A stretch of DNA of 63,773 bases, counting the filler, from Octopus bimaculoides (taxonomy: Eukaryota): NCBI RefSeq assembly GCF_001194135.2. It is 6 parts of 5 records of this genome, joined end to end, with 100 filler letters (N's around TTAATTAATTAA, not from the genome) between each part and the next. Parts side by side here need not be neighbours in the genome. Positions count along the whole stretch, not along the records: positions 39,080 to 55,132 come from NC_068982.1; positions 55,233 to 57,985 come from NC_068984.1; positions 58,086 to 62,585 come from NC_068983.1; 3 more parts are not named here. The stretch is one strand, 5' to 3'. Position 1 is the stretch's first letter. Each line of letters begins with the position of its first letter. This document shows positions 49,969-62,242 of the stretch, piece after piece. A model generated the notes under the pieces. The model was not told the origin of the DNA. It did not search any database and worked only from the letters and a program-made list of their open reading frames with translations. A program made the translations under genes and the position numbers.

Positions 49969-50829
49969 GTTTGTAAGGAACATTTGAAGAAATAAATGGA
50001 AGATGGAAAGAAGTGGAAGAGATGCAGATGAAAATTTCAAGGTAAATGTGAATTAGTCACGAATCAGCCCCAAAACAAATTGGTCCCTACTCCTCCCATC
50101 ATACATTAGCCTGTCTGTACCTCACATTAAACAACCACTCAATCTCTTACTCTCCCTCTCAGGCAAGAGACTCTTTAGTTTTGCAAGTGACAAAGCAACC
50201 TCACTTGTGCTGGTGCTACAGAAAATGTACCCAATACACTCCTTTAAGTGTATGATATTAGGAAGGGCATCCAGCTGTAAAATCCATGTTGAAAGTGAGA
50301 CACTGAAGCAACATGTTGTCCTGCAATCCATTGGATTTTATATAAACAATTAAACCAGGGACAGTGGGGAAAGCAAGCATAAAAATGACGATGGTGATGA
50401 TGGCTGGTAATAATACACATATACATTCTTGCATACATGTTTATACATACATCAAACACCTTAGATGAATGATAACTAAAACAAACACTGGATTGATCAG
50501 GTGATAAGAACCTGCAGGAGTCTGAACTTCCTTCTGATGAATGTGAAGTGGTGGTGATGGTGTGCTGAAATCTAGAGAACAGGAATGAATGATAGCAGCA
50601 TTCATTTAGCTTGGTACCTTTATAATCTGAGTTCAAATCCCATCAGGCCTTTCATTTCATTTCATTCTTCTGGTGTTAATAAAGCACCAGATACATAATG
50701 GATTTGTGTCAGTCAATTATACTCTTGTCCCCAGTTCCAATGTAAGAAAGAACACTATTATCATCATCATTATTATTATTATTATTATTATTATTAATAA
50801 TATCATTATTATAGACTAGGCCACGGCAA

Positions 50830-51000
50830 ACAGTGTTCATTGCACAATATTTTTAATTCATTGCAAACTGATGAAGTTGAAACAATTTCCAGTGAAACTA
50901 GACTTGCCATGACGGCAAAGAAAAGCTGAAAAACTGTATGGCGACTTAACAAAGAATTTCTTTCCCCATGAACAGTTTTACATTACTTTGTCCAGAACAG
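50830..51000 (+). pseudogene. Helitron PIF1-like helicase C-terminal remnant
   Basis: LKQFPVKL/AMTAKKS/FFPHEQFYITLSR (compare RQFP..LAFAMTINKSQG...FSHGQLYVALSR). Confidence 0.65.
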
Positions 51001-51071
51001 AAGCGGTCTGTTTGAAGGATACTGAAGAATTTAATGCCAAGAAAGGAGATTTTATTAACAACTATTTTTAT

Positions 51072-51104
<33 letters not shown>

Positions 51105-52590
51105 TGTTATTATCATTATTATTATTATTGAATAATGAGATTCTATAAATTATTGGCTACTTCTATTAGTTTTAAACTGTTCATGTTGCTTAGTTCTTTG
51201 TTATCAACTAAGCTTGGTTTCTCTAATCAATACTTTAACACGATTAAGGTACACTAACATAGCAGACCTGCATGAGAGGGACATTTATCTGCTGCAGCTG
51301 CTAATTATAATAATAATTGTTTCAAATTTTGGCACAAGGCCAGCAATTTTAGGTGTGTGTGGGGGGGGGGGGAGATTAGTTGATTACATCAACCCTGAAC
51401 TGGTACTTTAAAGAGCTAGAAGAAATTCTACTTAGCAATTTGTCTGATGTACTAATGATTCTGACGATTTGCTACCTTAATAATAATTCTTCCTAATATA
51501 TGCATAAGGCCTGAAATTTTGGGGCAGTGGGTTAGACAGTTAAATCAACCTAAGTGTTTGACATGCTTTATTTTATTAAGCCTGAAAGGATGAAAGTATA
51601 GTTAACATAGGGAGAATTTGAACTTAGAACTGGAAGAAGTGTTGCCTAGCATTTTGTCCAATGCACTAACGATTCTGACAGCTTGCCTCCTTAATAATAG
51701 TAATGACATTAATTTCTTTTATCAATGATTTAACAATAATGATCAGCAAATTGATATACATTTTTTTTTTAAATTAGAAAATTAACTTAGATATATTTAT
51801 TGTATAGCAGATTAAAAATAAATGTTGGTTTGGAGGGGAAAAGTAGGAAGAAGATATAGAAAAAGCATAAATATATCAGATCTAAATTTAAGTACCCCTC
51901 TGCCTCCAAGACAGAAAAAGAAAAAACTATATAAAATATCTTCAGAATATATAATTTTCATTGAGTGTATGATGGAGAAGATAGGTTAGACAGCGGAAAA
52001 AGTGAATAAGGGTTGAAAGAATGTAACTAATGGCAAACATTAATGGAAAATAGAAATAAATTGGACACAAGGAATAGAAGACAAGCATAAAAAAAAAAGA
52101 ATAATAAAGGAACTGCAAGTAAATCAAGTTGGCAATGATTCTGGTATGGTTGAATGAAAGAGCTGGAGGGTTCTAAGGAGATGAATGAGTTCAAATTTTG
52201 TTAGCAGCTTAGGAATGCAATCTAGGTGCATTCTAGGGAATTGCAATGTTTATGTTAAAATTGCATGAAAATATATTGTTATATAATTTTCCTTCATTAT
52301 TTCTGGATTTCTATCTTATATGTCTTTACACAGAGTAATTAAGGGTTGGGTTGGTTGATTTTCTTTAATTTTCAAATACATCTTTGCTATTTTGGGGAGG
52401 AGGGGGCTTACCATAAACTCTCTTGGGATCTAATTAAGGTTTTCTCTCATTACTGGAACTCTAGGAAAGTAATTTTCATTAGCAGTGGAATCTTTTAAGA
52501 TGTAATTAAATATTCCCTCTCTTTTTTTTTTTACCAATCAAGTTTAAAATAAATAAATACATAAACAAATATACATTTCTTTCACCATAA

Positions 52591-52629
<39 letters not shown>

Positions 52630-52824
52630 GGTCCAGGGGCTGGGGTGTAGGGAGAAAGTTAGCTTCAAGCAACCCATAGTAAATATAATGAACAACTTTC
52701 AGGGACAATAGTGTTTTATTGAGGTGGAAGGTTGAGGATTTTCTTCATATCGAAGTTCAATAAGCTGAAAAACGTTCTTTTTATATTTCATGGTAGATGA
52801 TGATATATAAATATATATATAACC

Positions 52825-53060
52825 CTGATCAGCATCATCATCATCATCATTCAATGCCCATCTTCCATGCTGGCATGGGTTGCATGGTTTGACAGGAGAT
52901 GGCAAGCTGGAGGGCTGCATCAGGCTCCAATCAGCTGTTTTGGCATGGTTTCTTTGGCTGGATGCCCTTTCTAATGCCAACCACTTTACAAAGTGTACTG
53001 TGTGTTATTTATGTGGTGTCAGCATGGGTGCTTTTTTTTTTACATGGGGCTGGCATGGGA
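52825..53060 (-). mobile_element. RTE-type 3' tail
   Basis: (cat)n then ttcaatgcccatcttccatgctggcatggg...ggctggatgcccttt; a second copy lies at 53390-53600. Confidence 0.7.
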
Positions 53061-53849
53061 TATAACATATATAATTATAAACAAGGAGAATGGCATGATC
53101 AAGTCATTTTATTACATTCATTTACAGTAGATTTGTTTGAATTTGATCTCATGACTATTTCTATATTATGCAATAATACAGGCAACTATTGATTCATGAG
53201 GTGTCATTGACACATATTGAAATTCAACTCTTTAGAATTATGCATCGAAGTTATTTACTGAAGATACTTGAATTATCAATAATTTATATCCATATTCAGC
53301 TGGGTGTGTTTACATGGTTACATTTGCATATTACAAGTAGCTGGAAAGAGAGATAAAGATGTTGGTGGCTTAGTGTTGGGACATATCTCATCACCATCAT
53401 TATCTAATGTCCATGGATTGGATGATTTGACAAGATCTGATAGGTTCAAAGACTGTAACATGCTATGATGTTTCCTTGGCATGATTTCTCCAGCTGAATG
53501 CCCTTCCTAACACCAACTACTTTCCATCATATACTGGCTACATTTTTCATGGCACCAGTACTAATGAGCTTCCCATGCAGCCTTCAAGACTGAGATCCCC
53601 TTCAACTGAGTGGGCAAGGGATATAGTAATGAGGTAGACTACTTTATACTATGGGATGAGGGGTTAATGTATGAGAAAAGGGGCCAGAACAAAAAAGGTT
53701 TCTTATTGCAGAAGAACTACAAGGCCAATTACATTATAGAAGAGAGGGTGGAAGTGGTGATATATAAATCACAAGATGTTAATGGCAGGCTTTATGAAAT
53801 CTACTTTTATATTGTATTAACAAAAACAAGTAAAAATAAATATTTTCAG

Positions 53850-53899
53850 TTGGAATTCACTGAGCCAAAGATATACCAAAATATACTCCAAGCAGAATG
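53850..53899 (+). CDS. Candidate 50-nt coding exon of an unidentified host gene
   Basis: Acceptor tattttcag, donor GTATGT; open frames WNSLSQRYTKIYSKQN or LEFTEPKIYQNILQAE. The first joins in frame to 59190-59245. Confidence 0.4.
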
Positions 53900-54754
53900 G
53901 TATGTACAAAATAATCTAATGTACAACTACCATTTGCCTACAGAGAGTTTTAAATTAGAAATTAATTTTCAACTCACTTCAAGCAGTAGTAGCAGACAAT
54001 TTTTTTTTTCTTCTTAAAATTAGCCACAAAGAAATAAAATAAAAGAACTCTGCCTGCTTCTCAAAAGTCATTATAGTATGTTGCACAGTTAATAATCTCT
54101 TCAGAAATTTTAACAAAGTATGAAACCATTATTTATCTTGAGACACTGCCTTGAGTTCTTCAACCAAATATTGCATTGTATTCGACAAAGCCTGGTTGTT
54201 TGTTCTGTAGTGATTCTAACTATTGGTAGAAATCTTATCTATTTTGATTGTCTTGAATTGTTTTCCTTCCAGCTATTAACATTGTCTTCTATGAAACCTT
54301 GTTATTCCAAGGTGACTTTACCACTTGGTTGCAGTTTCCAACAGTTTCAATTGAGTTTTCCAGCCACTTTACCATAATAGATACTACACAGCTCAGTCAT
54401 TCTAATGTGACTTTAACAATTGTCACAAGTTTTACAGATTTCAAGCAATATCAATTGTAAGATTTAGGCTGGATATAAAAATCATGGCTATAAAACCTTG
54501 TTATCCGATAACTTTAATGTTTTAATAATACATGATTGGCCAAGTTAGCCAATTATCAACCACGTATTATGTTAGAGAGAAGGAAATGGTTGTGTCAAAG
54601 TGATAATTAGCTTGATAAATATGTATGTATGTATGATTTTTCTTTGAATTTTATTTAAGTTCTTCTTAAGAGAGTTCAAGCTGGTCGCTAACAAAGTAAC
54701 AAGACTTTTTGAATTTGGTTTGCAAGACTTTTTGAGTTAAAAGAGAGTTCCCAG

Positions 54755-55095
54755 TGTTTGTAAATATGTGGTTAAGTTTGTAGTAACGCTGTGCGCATGC
54801 GTGGAATTAAACAAGCAAGAGTTCCCGCTTAATTCTATCTCTTTTACGGTCGGCCGACCATGAGCATTGGACGTGTTAAGCTGTCTCTCTACATCTTTCG
54901 GACTTACGCTCGACAGCTCGCTTGCAACTACATACCCACGTCCAAACAACTATGCTCACACACACAGAAGCTGTAACAACAAGAACTAAAGATGTATATA
55001 TTTACCACCTAAATAAAGTGTTGTTTAAGTTGATAGTCTGGAGTTCAGCGTTCCGTTATATTCTTTAATTTTATAGTAGGAAAGTCAGGTATACA
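54755..55095. mobile_element. Possible LTR-like sequence
   Basis: CpG-retaining island in a CpG-poor block, with TGT...ACA-compatible ends and an internal AATAAA; no TSD found. Confidence 0.25.
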
Positions 55096-55132
55096 ATCTA
55101 AAGATGTATAACCCACTTTCTACTAAAAGTTG

Positions 55133-55232
55133 NNNNNNNNNNNNNNNNNNNNNNNNNNNNNNNNNNNNNNNNNNNNTTAATTAATTAANNNNNNNNNNNN
55201 NNNNNNNNNNNNNNNNNNNNNNNNNNNNNNNN
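55133..55232. other. Scaffolding join (44N + TTAATTAATTAA + 44N)
   Basis: Same construct. Confidence 0.9.
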
Positions 55233-55730
55233 TCCCAACTTCTCCAACCTCCGCAGCAATGGCTCAAGAGACAGAACATACAGAAGCGGAGACAGGGGGC
55301 ACCCTTGACGGACTGAACGCCTGATCTCAAACGGCTCCGACAGGTAACCGTTCACCTGAACCGTGGATTTGATGCCACCATAAATGGCCTTGATCCAACC
55401 GCGGAAATCCGGGCCCTTGCCAGCTGGATAGAGAGGCCTGTTTCTCCTTCACCAACTTATGTAAATCATAGTGAAGTTCATTCACTGATCAGCAAAATTA
55501 GAAATATAATATTTCTAAATCTCAGAGAGATTTAAGCAATAGTGGAGCGACACAGTTGTAGTATATTGTCAACTTAATGTGACAATCCCAATAAGGGAAT
55601 ACGCTACTGCTGTTTAGCCCTAGGAAGATGAAGTAGAAAATGACTCATATTCACATACATACAAACATATATACATTCATATATATATATAATAGATATA
55701 TACATATATTTATTTTATATATGTATACAT

Positions 55731-55776
<46 letters not shown>

Positions 55777-55929
55777 CTACTGACCCATGCTGAAGACTTT
55801 TCAATTGTGTTTTGTAACACCATAACTCACTTAGATAGAAATTTTTTATGGACCAAAAAACATACCCAGATTTTAATTTTTCTGATATTTCTTGGAGGAA
55901 TTTCTCCACAAGCCAATTTGAAGTGGTGA

Positions 55930-57124
55930 AGAGGTGTTGGGTGAAAATGAAGTGTCAGGTGGAGGTGAAAAGATAAAACAGTGATGAGGTGTCAGGGTGG
56001 AGCACCAAGATATGAACTGAGTAAAAGTGTGTGAGGACAGTAGAACAAGAAGTGTAGGTGAGAAGAGGTTGAAGAACATTTGGGGAGAGTGAGGAATTGT
56101 TAGATCTGGAGAATGGACAAGGATGTGAATATAAAGAACGAAGTGTTGATTGAATGACAACACACTTAGACTATCAAACATTGGCAGAAAAGAAACATGT
56201 AAGTGCTACTACAATAGGTTATTAAATGAGAAAAAAGAGGGTTTACCCCCAAGTAGACCGAACAGAAGGAGCAAAGCAGTCATTCAAATTGCTTGCAGTA
56301 TGGTGACTAGAGTAATTAAGGATATAAAGATATAAAAGGTACCTAGTCCATCAGAAATAACTGTTGAACTGCTTAAAATGTCAGGTGGAGTAGGAGATGA
56401 GATAGTCATCTGCTAATAAATCAGGTAGTATAAAAGGTGCCATACCCAATGACTAGTGTTGCAACATCGTTGTTAACTGCTAACTATGGTCTTTAAGGTT
56501 AACTGCCATAAGTGCATCTGTGGTGTGGATGACATACATTCAACAGCAGAATTTAAAAAATAGATTCTAGGTATAGAAAAAAATTGCCTTGATGTTAACT
56601 TAGCAAAGACTAAAGTATTAATGAGTAGGAGAGAAGACAGGATCCCTTATACCATCAGGAAAATGACCACGCTCAGTATCTTTTGTAGTTAAGAATGTCA
56701 TACAGTACCCAGTAGGTAGGAATTCTATGTAGTATAGTCAGTGTAAGCTATAGACATTCAAGCAATGTAGTGGGGCCACTAGTAGGTTGACAGAGAAGGC
56801 AGACTTAGTATGCAACATATGTATAAGGTCAGTTAGTATCACACTAAGAGTATCTTCTATCTTTTATCATTTATTTGTTTCAGTTGTTGGATCGTGACTA
56901 TGCTGGAGCACTACCTTGAAGGGTTTAACTGAACAAATTGACCCCAGTACTTATTTTTTTATAAGACTGGAACTAAAAGAAGTTTGCTTCTCAACCACAT
57001 GGTTTCAGATTCAGTCCCACTGCATGGCACCTTCAGCAAGTGGCTTCTACTATAGCCCTAGCTTGACCAAAGCCTTATGAGTGGATTTAGTAGGCAGAAA
57101 CTGAAAGTAGCCAGTCATGTGTGT

Positions 57125-57205
<81 letters not shown>

Positions 57206-57830
57206 CATTGTGTTTGTATTTGTCCCCTACAACTACTTGACAGCTGGTGTTGGTTTATTTATAAGTGTTCTCCAATACTCAAGTAACGTTCTAGAAGTTG
57301 ATAACTTCTGTTAACTAGAGCAACTAATTAGCAGTGGAGCTAGGTGTTCAGAAAGCATGATCACTGAGTTGAAAAAAAAGCTGTTACTTTTGTCAGTAAC
57401 AAAGGGCTTATCCTTCAGAGTAAATGGAAGATCGTACAATTCTACAATTCTTGTTTATAAAGTGTGATGCTTCACAGTAATGAGATGTGAGCCTTCAATA
57501 CAGAGAATTTACAAAGACAACAGAGAAATAAGACAAACTCTGGTGGGTGTTTAACGCTAATGTGCTTGAAAAACTGTCTGACAGAGGACTACAACAAAAA
57601 CATAGCACAAATGAGCTAAAAGAAAAACTAAACATAAAGAAGAATCAGATGTAGTGTGTAAGATAGAATAACACAATGGTATGAACATGTGATGGAGGAA
57701 AACTGCTATATAAAGAATGTTGCATGCTCAAAGTGAATGAAACCTCTAGAAGAGGGACACTCAAGACAACATGGAAAGCAGCTGTAAAAGGTGGCAACAA
57801 CAAAGATGATGATGATGATGATATACATAC
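55930..57830 (+). mobile_element. Old, heavily decayed RTE LINE with nested SINE-A insertions
   Basis: DNA-level similarity to 42085-43130 (ccatcag..ataact..tga..tgcttaaaat.tc.ggtgg), RT C-terminal region at 57345-57790, and a (gat)n tail. Confidence 0.6.
56975..57260 (+). mobile_element. SINE family A, CpG-decayed
   Basis: Head, (TG)n and start of the tail. Confidence 0.75.
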
Positions 57831-57841
57831 ATGTGTGTGTG

Positions 57842-57892
<51 letters not shown>

Positions 57893-57985
57893 ACAAAGGG
57901 AAAATGCACACACTTTATATAGCTTTAATATATTTTTTAATATATTTTATATTGTGTTTGTCAACCGGTTTTGCTCAATGCTTCT

Positions 57986-58085
57986 NNNNNNNNNNNNNNN
58001 NNNNNNNNNNNNNNNNNNNNNNNNNNNNNTTAATTAATTAANNNNNNNNNNNNNNNNNNNNNNNNNNNNNNNNNNNNNNNNNNNN
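57986..58085. other. Scaffolding join (44N + TTAATTAATTAA + 44N)
   Basis: Same construct. Confidence 0.9.
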
Positions 58086-58230
58086 CTAGTCGAGCAATTC
58101 GACCCAGGACTTAGTCTTTGTAAGCCTAGTACTTATTCTATCGGTTCTCTTTTGCCGAACCGCTAAGTTACGAAGACTTAAACACACCAGCATCGGTTGT
58201 CAAGCAATGTTGGGGGACAAACACAGACAC
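58086..58230 (-). mobile_element. SINE family A, 3' segment (inverted relative to 58505-58650)
   Basis: Reverse complement closely matches 58505-58650. Confidence 0.85.
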
Positions 58231-58715
58231 CACATGGTTCTGGGTTCATTCCCACTGCGTGTGCCTGGGTTCATTCCCACTGGGTTCATTCCCACTGGGT
58301 TCATTCCCACTGGGTTCATTCCCACTGCGTGTGCATTCCCACTGCGTGTGCATTCCCACTGCGTGTGCCACTGCGTGTGCCACTGCGTGTGCCACTGCGT
58401 GTGCCTTCCCACTGCAAGTGCCTTCTACTATAGTCTCGTGAGTGGATTTGGCAGACGGAAACTGATAGAAGCCCGTCGTATATATATGTATATGTATATA
58501 TATATGTGTCGGTGTTTGTCCTCCCAACGTCGCTTGACAACCGATGCTTGTGTGTTTACGTCCCCGTAACTTTAGCGGTTCGGCAAAAGAGAACCGATAG
58601 AATAAGTACTAGGCTTACAAAGAATAAGTCCTGGGGTCGATTTACTCGACTAAAGGCGGTGCTCCAGCATGGCCGCAGTCAAATGACTGAAGCAAGTAAA
58701 AGAGTAAAAGAGTAT
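58231..58715 (+). mobile_element. SINE family A with a tandemly amplified B-box region
   Basis: Five copies of CTGGGTTCATTCCCA, then 17-mer and 12-mer derivatives, then the normal body and tail. Confidence 0.9.
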
Positions 58716-59189
58716 ACAATTACACACACATAGACATATGCATACATACACACGCATATATGAACACATCCACCTATTCCTGGACACATGCACACTTATA
58801 TATATATATGTATGCGTGGATGCATGAATAATTTTTAATTGACTGAATTTTACAATAATGCCTAAACATCCAAGAATTTCGAACGAAATATTTTGTTTGT
58901 TTTACCTCTTTCAGTTTAACTAAGACTACATTAAGAACACACTTTTGCCAAAGGATATGTAGCAAGTCCCACCAGAAACAACATTATGCACACCGTGTTT
59001 CTCAGTCGCTAGATATGATCGAGTCGAGAACCTGTTCATTGTGCATTGTGCTGACAGCAAGACGTGGGCATATTCATATGCCTTTATGCTTTTGCTAACA
59101 ATGGTTACATTATTATATCGGAGTTGCCAGCTTTTAACTGAAATTCTGTTTCACTATCGAAGCTGGTTTCCTTCGTCATTTCCTTTCAG

Positions 59190-59245
59190 GGAACCAGTTC
59201 TGTCTGGAGGAAGAAACAGTTTCAATGGCCTTTGACTTTGCTTTT
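59190..59245 (+). CDS. Candidate 56-nt coding exon of an unidentified host gene
   Basis: Strong acceptor ttccttcgtcatttcctttcag, donor GTAAGT; open frames NQFCLEEETVSMAFDFAF or GTSSVWRKKQFQWPLTLL. Confidence 0.5.
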
Positions 59246-59654
59246 GTAAGTCCTTATAGACCAATGGCATTAATTCTATTAACGTCCCTATTGTAAGTTC
59301 GAATATGCAGGACGCATTCTCTTACATTTCTGAAGAGAACAGCGTACTTTTCTGTTTTCTATATTTTCTCGGTTAATCTGTTTACCTAGGTTTCCAACTT
59401 CACTAGCCATGTTTCAGTGCGATTGACTTGCACGTAGGCGTTCTATCTGTAGGATAACTACATATATATACACAGTATACACACACACATTTCTGTCTCT
59501 GTCTGTCTGTCTCTCTCTCTCACACACACAGAAACACACGCACACATATATACATATGTGTGTGTGCGTGTGAGTATGTTTATATATATGTATGCATGTA
59601 TATATTTTTATATGACTATGCACACAGGAGCACAAACAGGAACACTGTGTCGGT

Positions 59655-59965
59655 TACGTCAACGAGTGTTCCAGTCAATCCGATCTACGGAACAGCTCCC
59701 GCTCGTGTAATTAACGCGCAAGTGGTTGAGCACTCCACAGGCACGCGTGTGCTCAACGTAGTTCTCGTGGAGATTCTTCATGACACAGAATGTGACAAGA
59801 CTGGCCCTTTGAAATACAGGTACAACACATTTTTGACCGGTGAATGGACTGGAGTAAAGTGAAATAAAGTCTTGGTCATGGACATAACGTGCTGCCGAGA
59901 ATTGAACTCACAACATTACAATCGTGAGCCGAACACCCTAACCACTAAGCTACGCACCTTCACTA
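59655..59965 (-). mobile_element. SINE family D
   Basis: Homologous to 49660-49968 but retains CpGs. Confidence 0.8.
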
Positions 59966-60574
59966 ACACGCACACACAAAAATATATTAACACACACACA
60001 TCGTCTACTTCAGCCATTAAAACCAAAGCTAACTTGGGAATACAAAGAACTCTCATTCCCTTCCATTCTCCACTCCATCAACACCAACCTTACTTCACCT
60101 CGACCCTGCTACGGTGGAGTGGGGGAGAAGCTGATTTTAAAAGTACATTTATATTAATACATTTAGTGATAACATTTTGTTGGAGTGTGATAAGACAAAG
60201 TGGGTTGAGTGGGATCAAGACAGAGAATTAAGCGGGGTGAAGAAAGGTGGTGGAGGAGNNNNNNNNNNNNNNNNNNNNNNNNNNNNNNNNNNNNNNNNNN
60301 NNNNNNNNNNNNNNNNNNNNNNNNNNNNNNNNNNNNNNNNNNNNNNNNNNNNNNNNNNNNNNNNNNNNNNNNNNNNNNNNNNNNNNNNNNNNNNNNNNNN
60401 NNNNNNNNNNNNNNNNNNNNNNNNNNNNNNNNNNNNNNNNNNNNNNNNNNNNNNNNNNNNNNNNNNNNNNNNNNNNNNNNNNNNNNNNNNNNNNNNNNNN
60501 NNNNNNNNNNNNNNNNNNNNNNNNNNNNNNNNNNNNNNNNNNNNNNNNNNTTTTAATATTTTATACTCGCTAAG

Positions 60575-60982
60575 GCGCTGAGCTGGCAGCTTAGCGGTAT
60601 TTCGTCTGCCGTTACATTCTGAGTTCAAATTCTGCCGAGGTCGACTTTGCCTTTCATCATCTCGGGGTTGATAAATTAAGTACCAGTTACGCACTAGGGT
60701 CGATGTAATCGACTTAATCCCTTTGTCTGTCCTTGTTTGTCCCCTCTATGTTTAGCCCCTTGTGGGCAATAAAGAAATAAGAAACGTTAGCACGCCGAGC
60801 GAAATGCTTAGCGGTATTTCGTCTGTCTTTACGTTCTGAATTCAAATTCCGCCGAGGTCGACTTTGCCTTTTATTCTTTCAGGGTCGATAAATTAAGTAC
60901 CAGTTGTGTACTGGGGTTGATCTAATCGACTGGACGCGTCCCCCAAAATTTCGGGCCTTGTGCCTAGAGTAGAAAAGAATAT
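60575..60982 (+). mobile_element. SINE family C, dimer-like composite
   Basis: Junction gggcaataaagaaataa|gaaacgttagcacg; tail ccaaaatttcgggccttgtgcctagagtagaaaagaatat. Confidence 0.9.
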
Positions 60983-61907
60983 TTTAAACTCGTTGAGATA
61001 TGTATTGTTCTGTTTACAATGTTTTGTTATACATAACCCTGACATCGTTATCAGCAATGTAACCTGTCTGTATCTTTATTTAATTTTATTCTATTTTAGT
61101 TTATTTGTTTTTCTTTGAGATTGGACTGTGGTCATGCTGGGGGCAACGCCTTGAAGGGATTACGCGAACAAATCGATCCTAGTACTTATTACTAAGCCTG
61201 TCAGATCTCTTTCGCCAAAATGTTATACCGGCTGTCAAGCAAACACGAAGACAGGCACACAAAAACACACACATATGAGTCGAGCTTCCAGCTTTTATCA
61301 ACCAAATCCATCATAGCCATGTGTTGAGAATAATTCTTTGGGGTTGAATAATTCACCCCTGGAAACATGAGAGTTTCGTTCACCATCCTTGAACAACCCT
61401 TATTCAAAGACCTTTTAAGCGAGATGGGCTACTCGACCTGATGATAATTCTAACTGAGCCCCACCTGCAAGGTCAAGCGCTGTTTATCTTGATATGAGAT
61501 CACCATGTCGCGCATATATGGTTGTGATGCATGTGCCTGGTGTACCCTTATCCGACGGGTAGTCATGATGGGTATATTGGGCCTCGTATATTTGTATCCC
61601 AGTGTCACTTTGATGGCAAAAGTCAACTTTAATTTCTACAATATTATCTTTATTTTCTCCCTGACTACCCGAAATATGCAATAACAGAAATGCCCGTGGA
61701 ATAATAATAATAAATTCTCTCTGGTCGAACACAACTTATCTATTCACAAATAATACAGAACAGAGTAAGTCGGCCCTTCCTTAATTTTTCTTAAGGTAAA
61801 GGTCACTGTTGCTATTGTTTGCTGCTAGTAGTAGTAAACATTTGAACTCGTTTTGACCGATCCCATCCCATTCCACTCAAAAAAGAAAAAAAAAAAATAC
61901 ATGAGCC

Positions 61908-62195
61908 GCTCTTACTACTACTACTACTACTACTGCTACTACTACTGGTGCTGCTACTACTGCTACTACTACTGCTGCTGCTACCACTGCTGCTGTTGCT
62001 GCTACTACTGCTGCTGCCACCGCTGCTGCTGCTACTACTGCTACCGCTGCTGCAGCTGCTGCTACTACTGCCACTGGTACTGCTGATTTGCTGTTACCAC
62101 TACTGCTGCTATTACCACTGCCACCGCTGCTGCTGATAGTGATGTTGTTGCTACTACTACAACTACTGGTGGTGGTGGTGATGCTGCTGCTGCTA
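61908..62195. repeat. Compound trinucleotide array (CTA/CTG/CCA/GGT)
   Basis: Direct reading; source of the poly-Cys/Tyr/Leu/Ala ORFs. Confidence 0.9.
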
Positions 62196-62242
62196 ATGAT
62201 GAATATATTTGTAAAATAAAATTTTAAAAAATAAAAAAATTT

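Noticed and set aside
53610-54017. 135-aa ORF as a single-exon gene
   Set aside because: AT-rich, starts at a non-ATG codon next to an RTE tail and has no recognisable domain; only the internal 50-nt exon candidate was kept.
58197-58569. CRISPR-like or repeat-protein appearance of the 15/17/12-nt units
   Set aside because: There are no unique spacers and the units derive from the SINE B-box region; eukaryotic context with no cas genes.
61425-61465. gggct...CTGATGA...CTAA...agccc, considered as a hammerhead or HDV-like ribozyme
   Set aside because: Lacks GAAA and stem III, and has no room for the HDV P1/P3/P4 topology.
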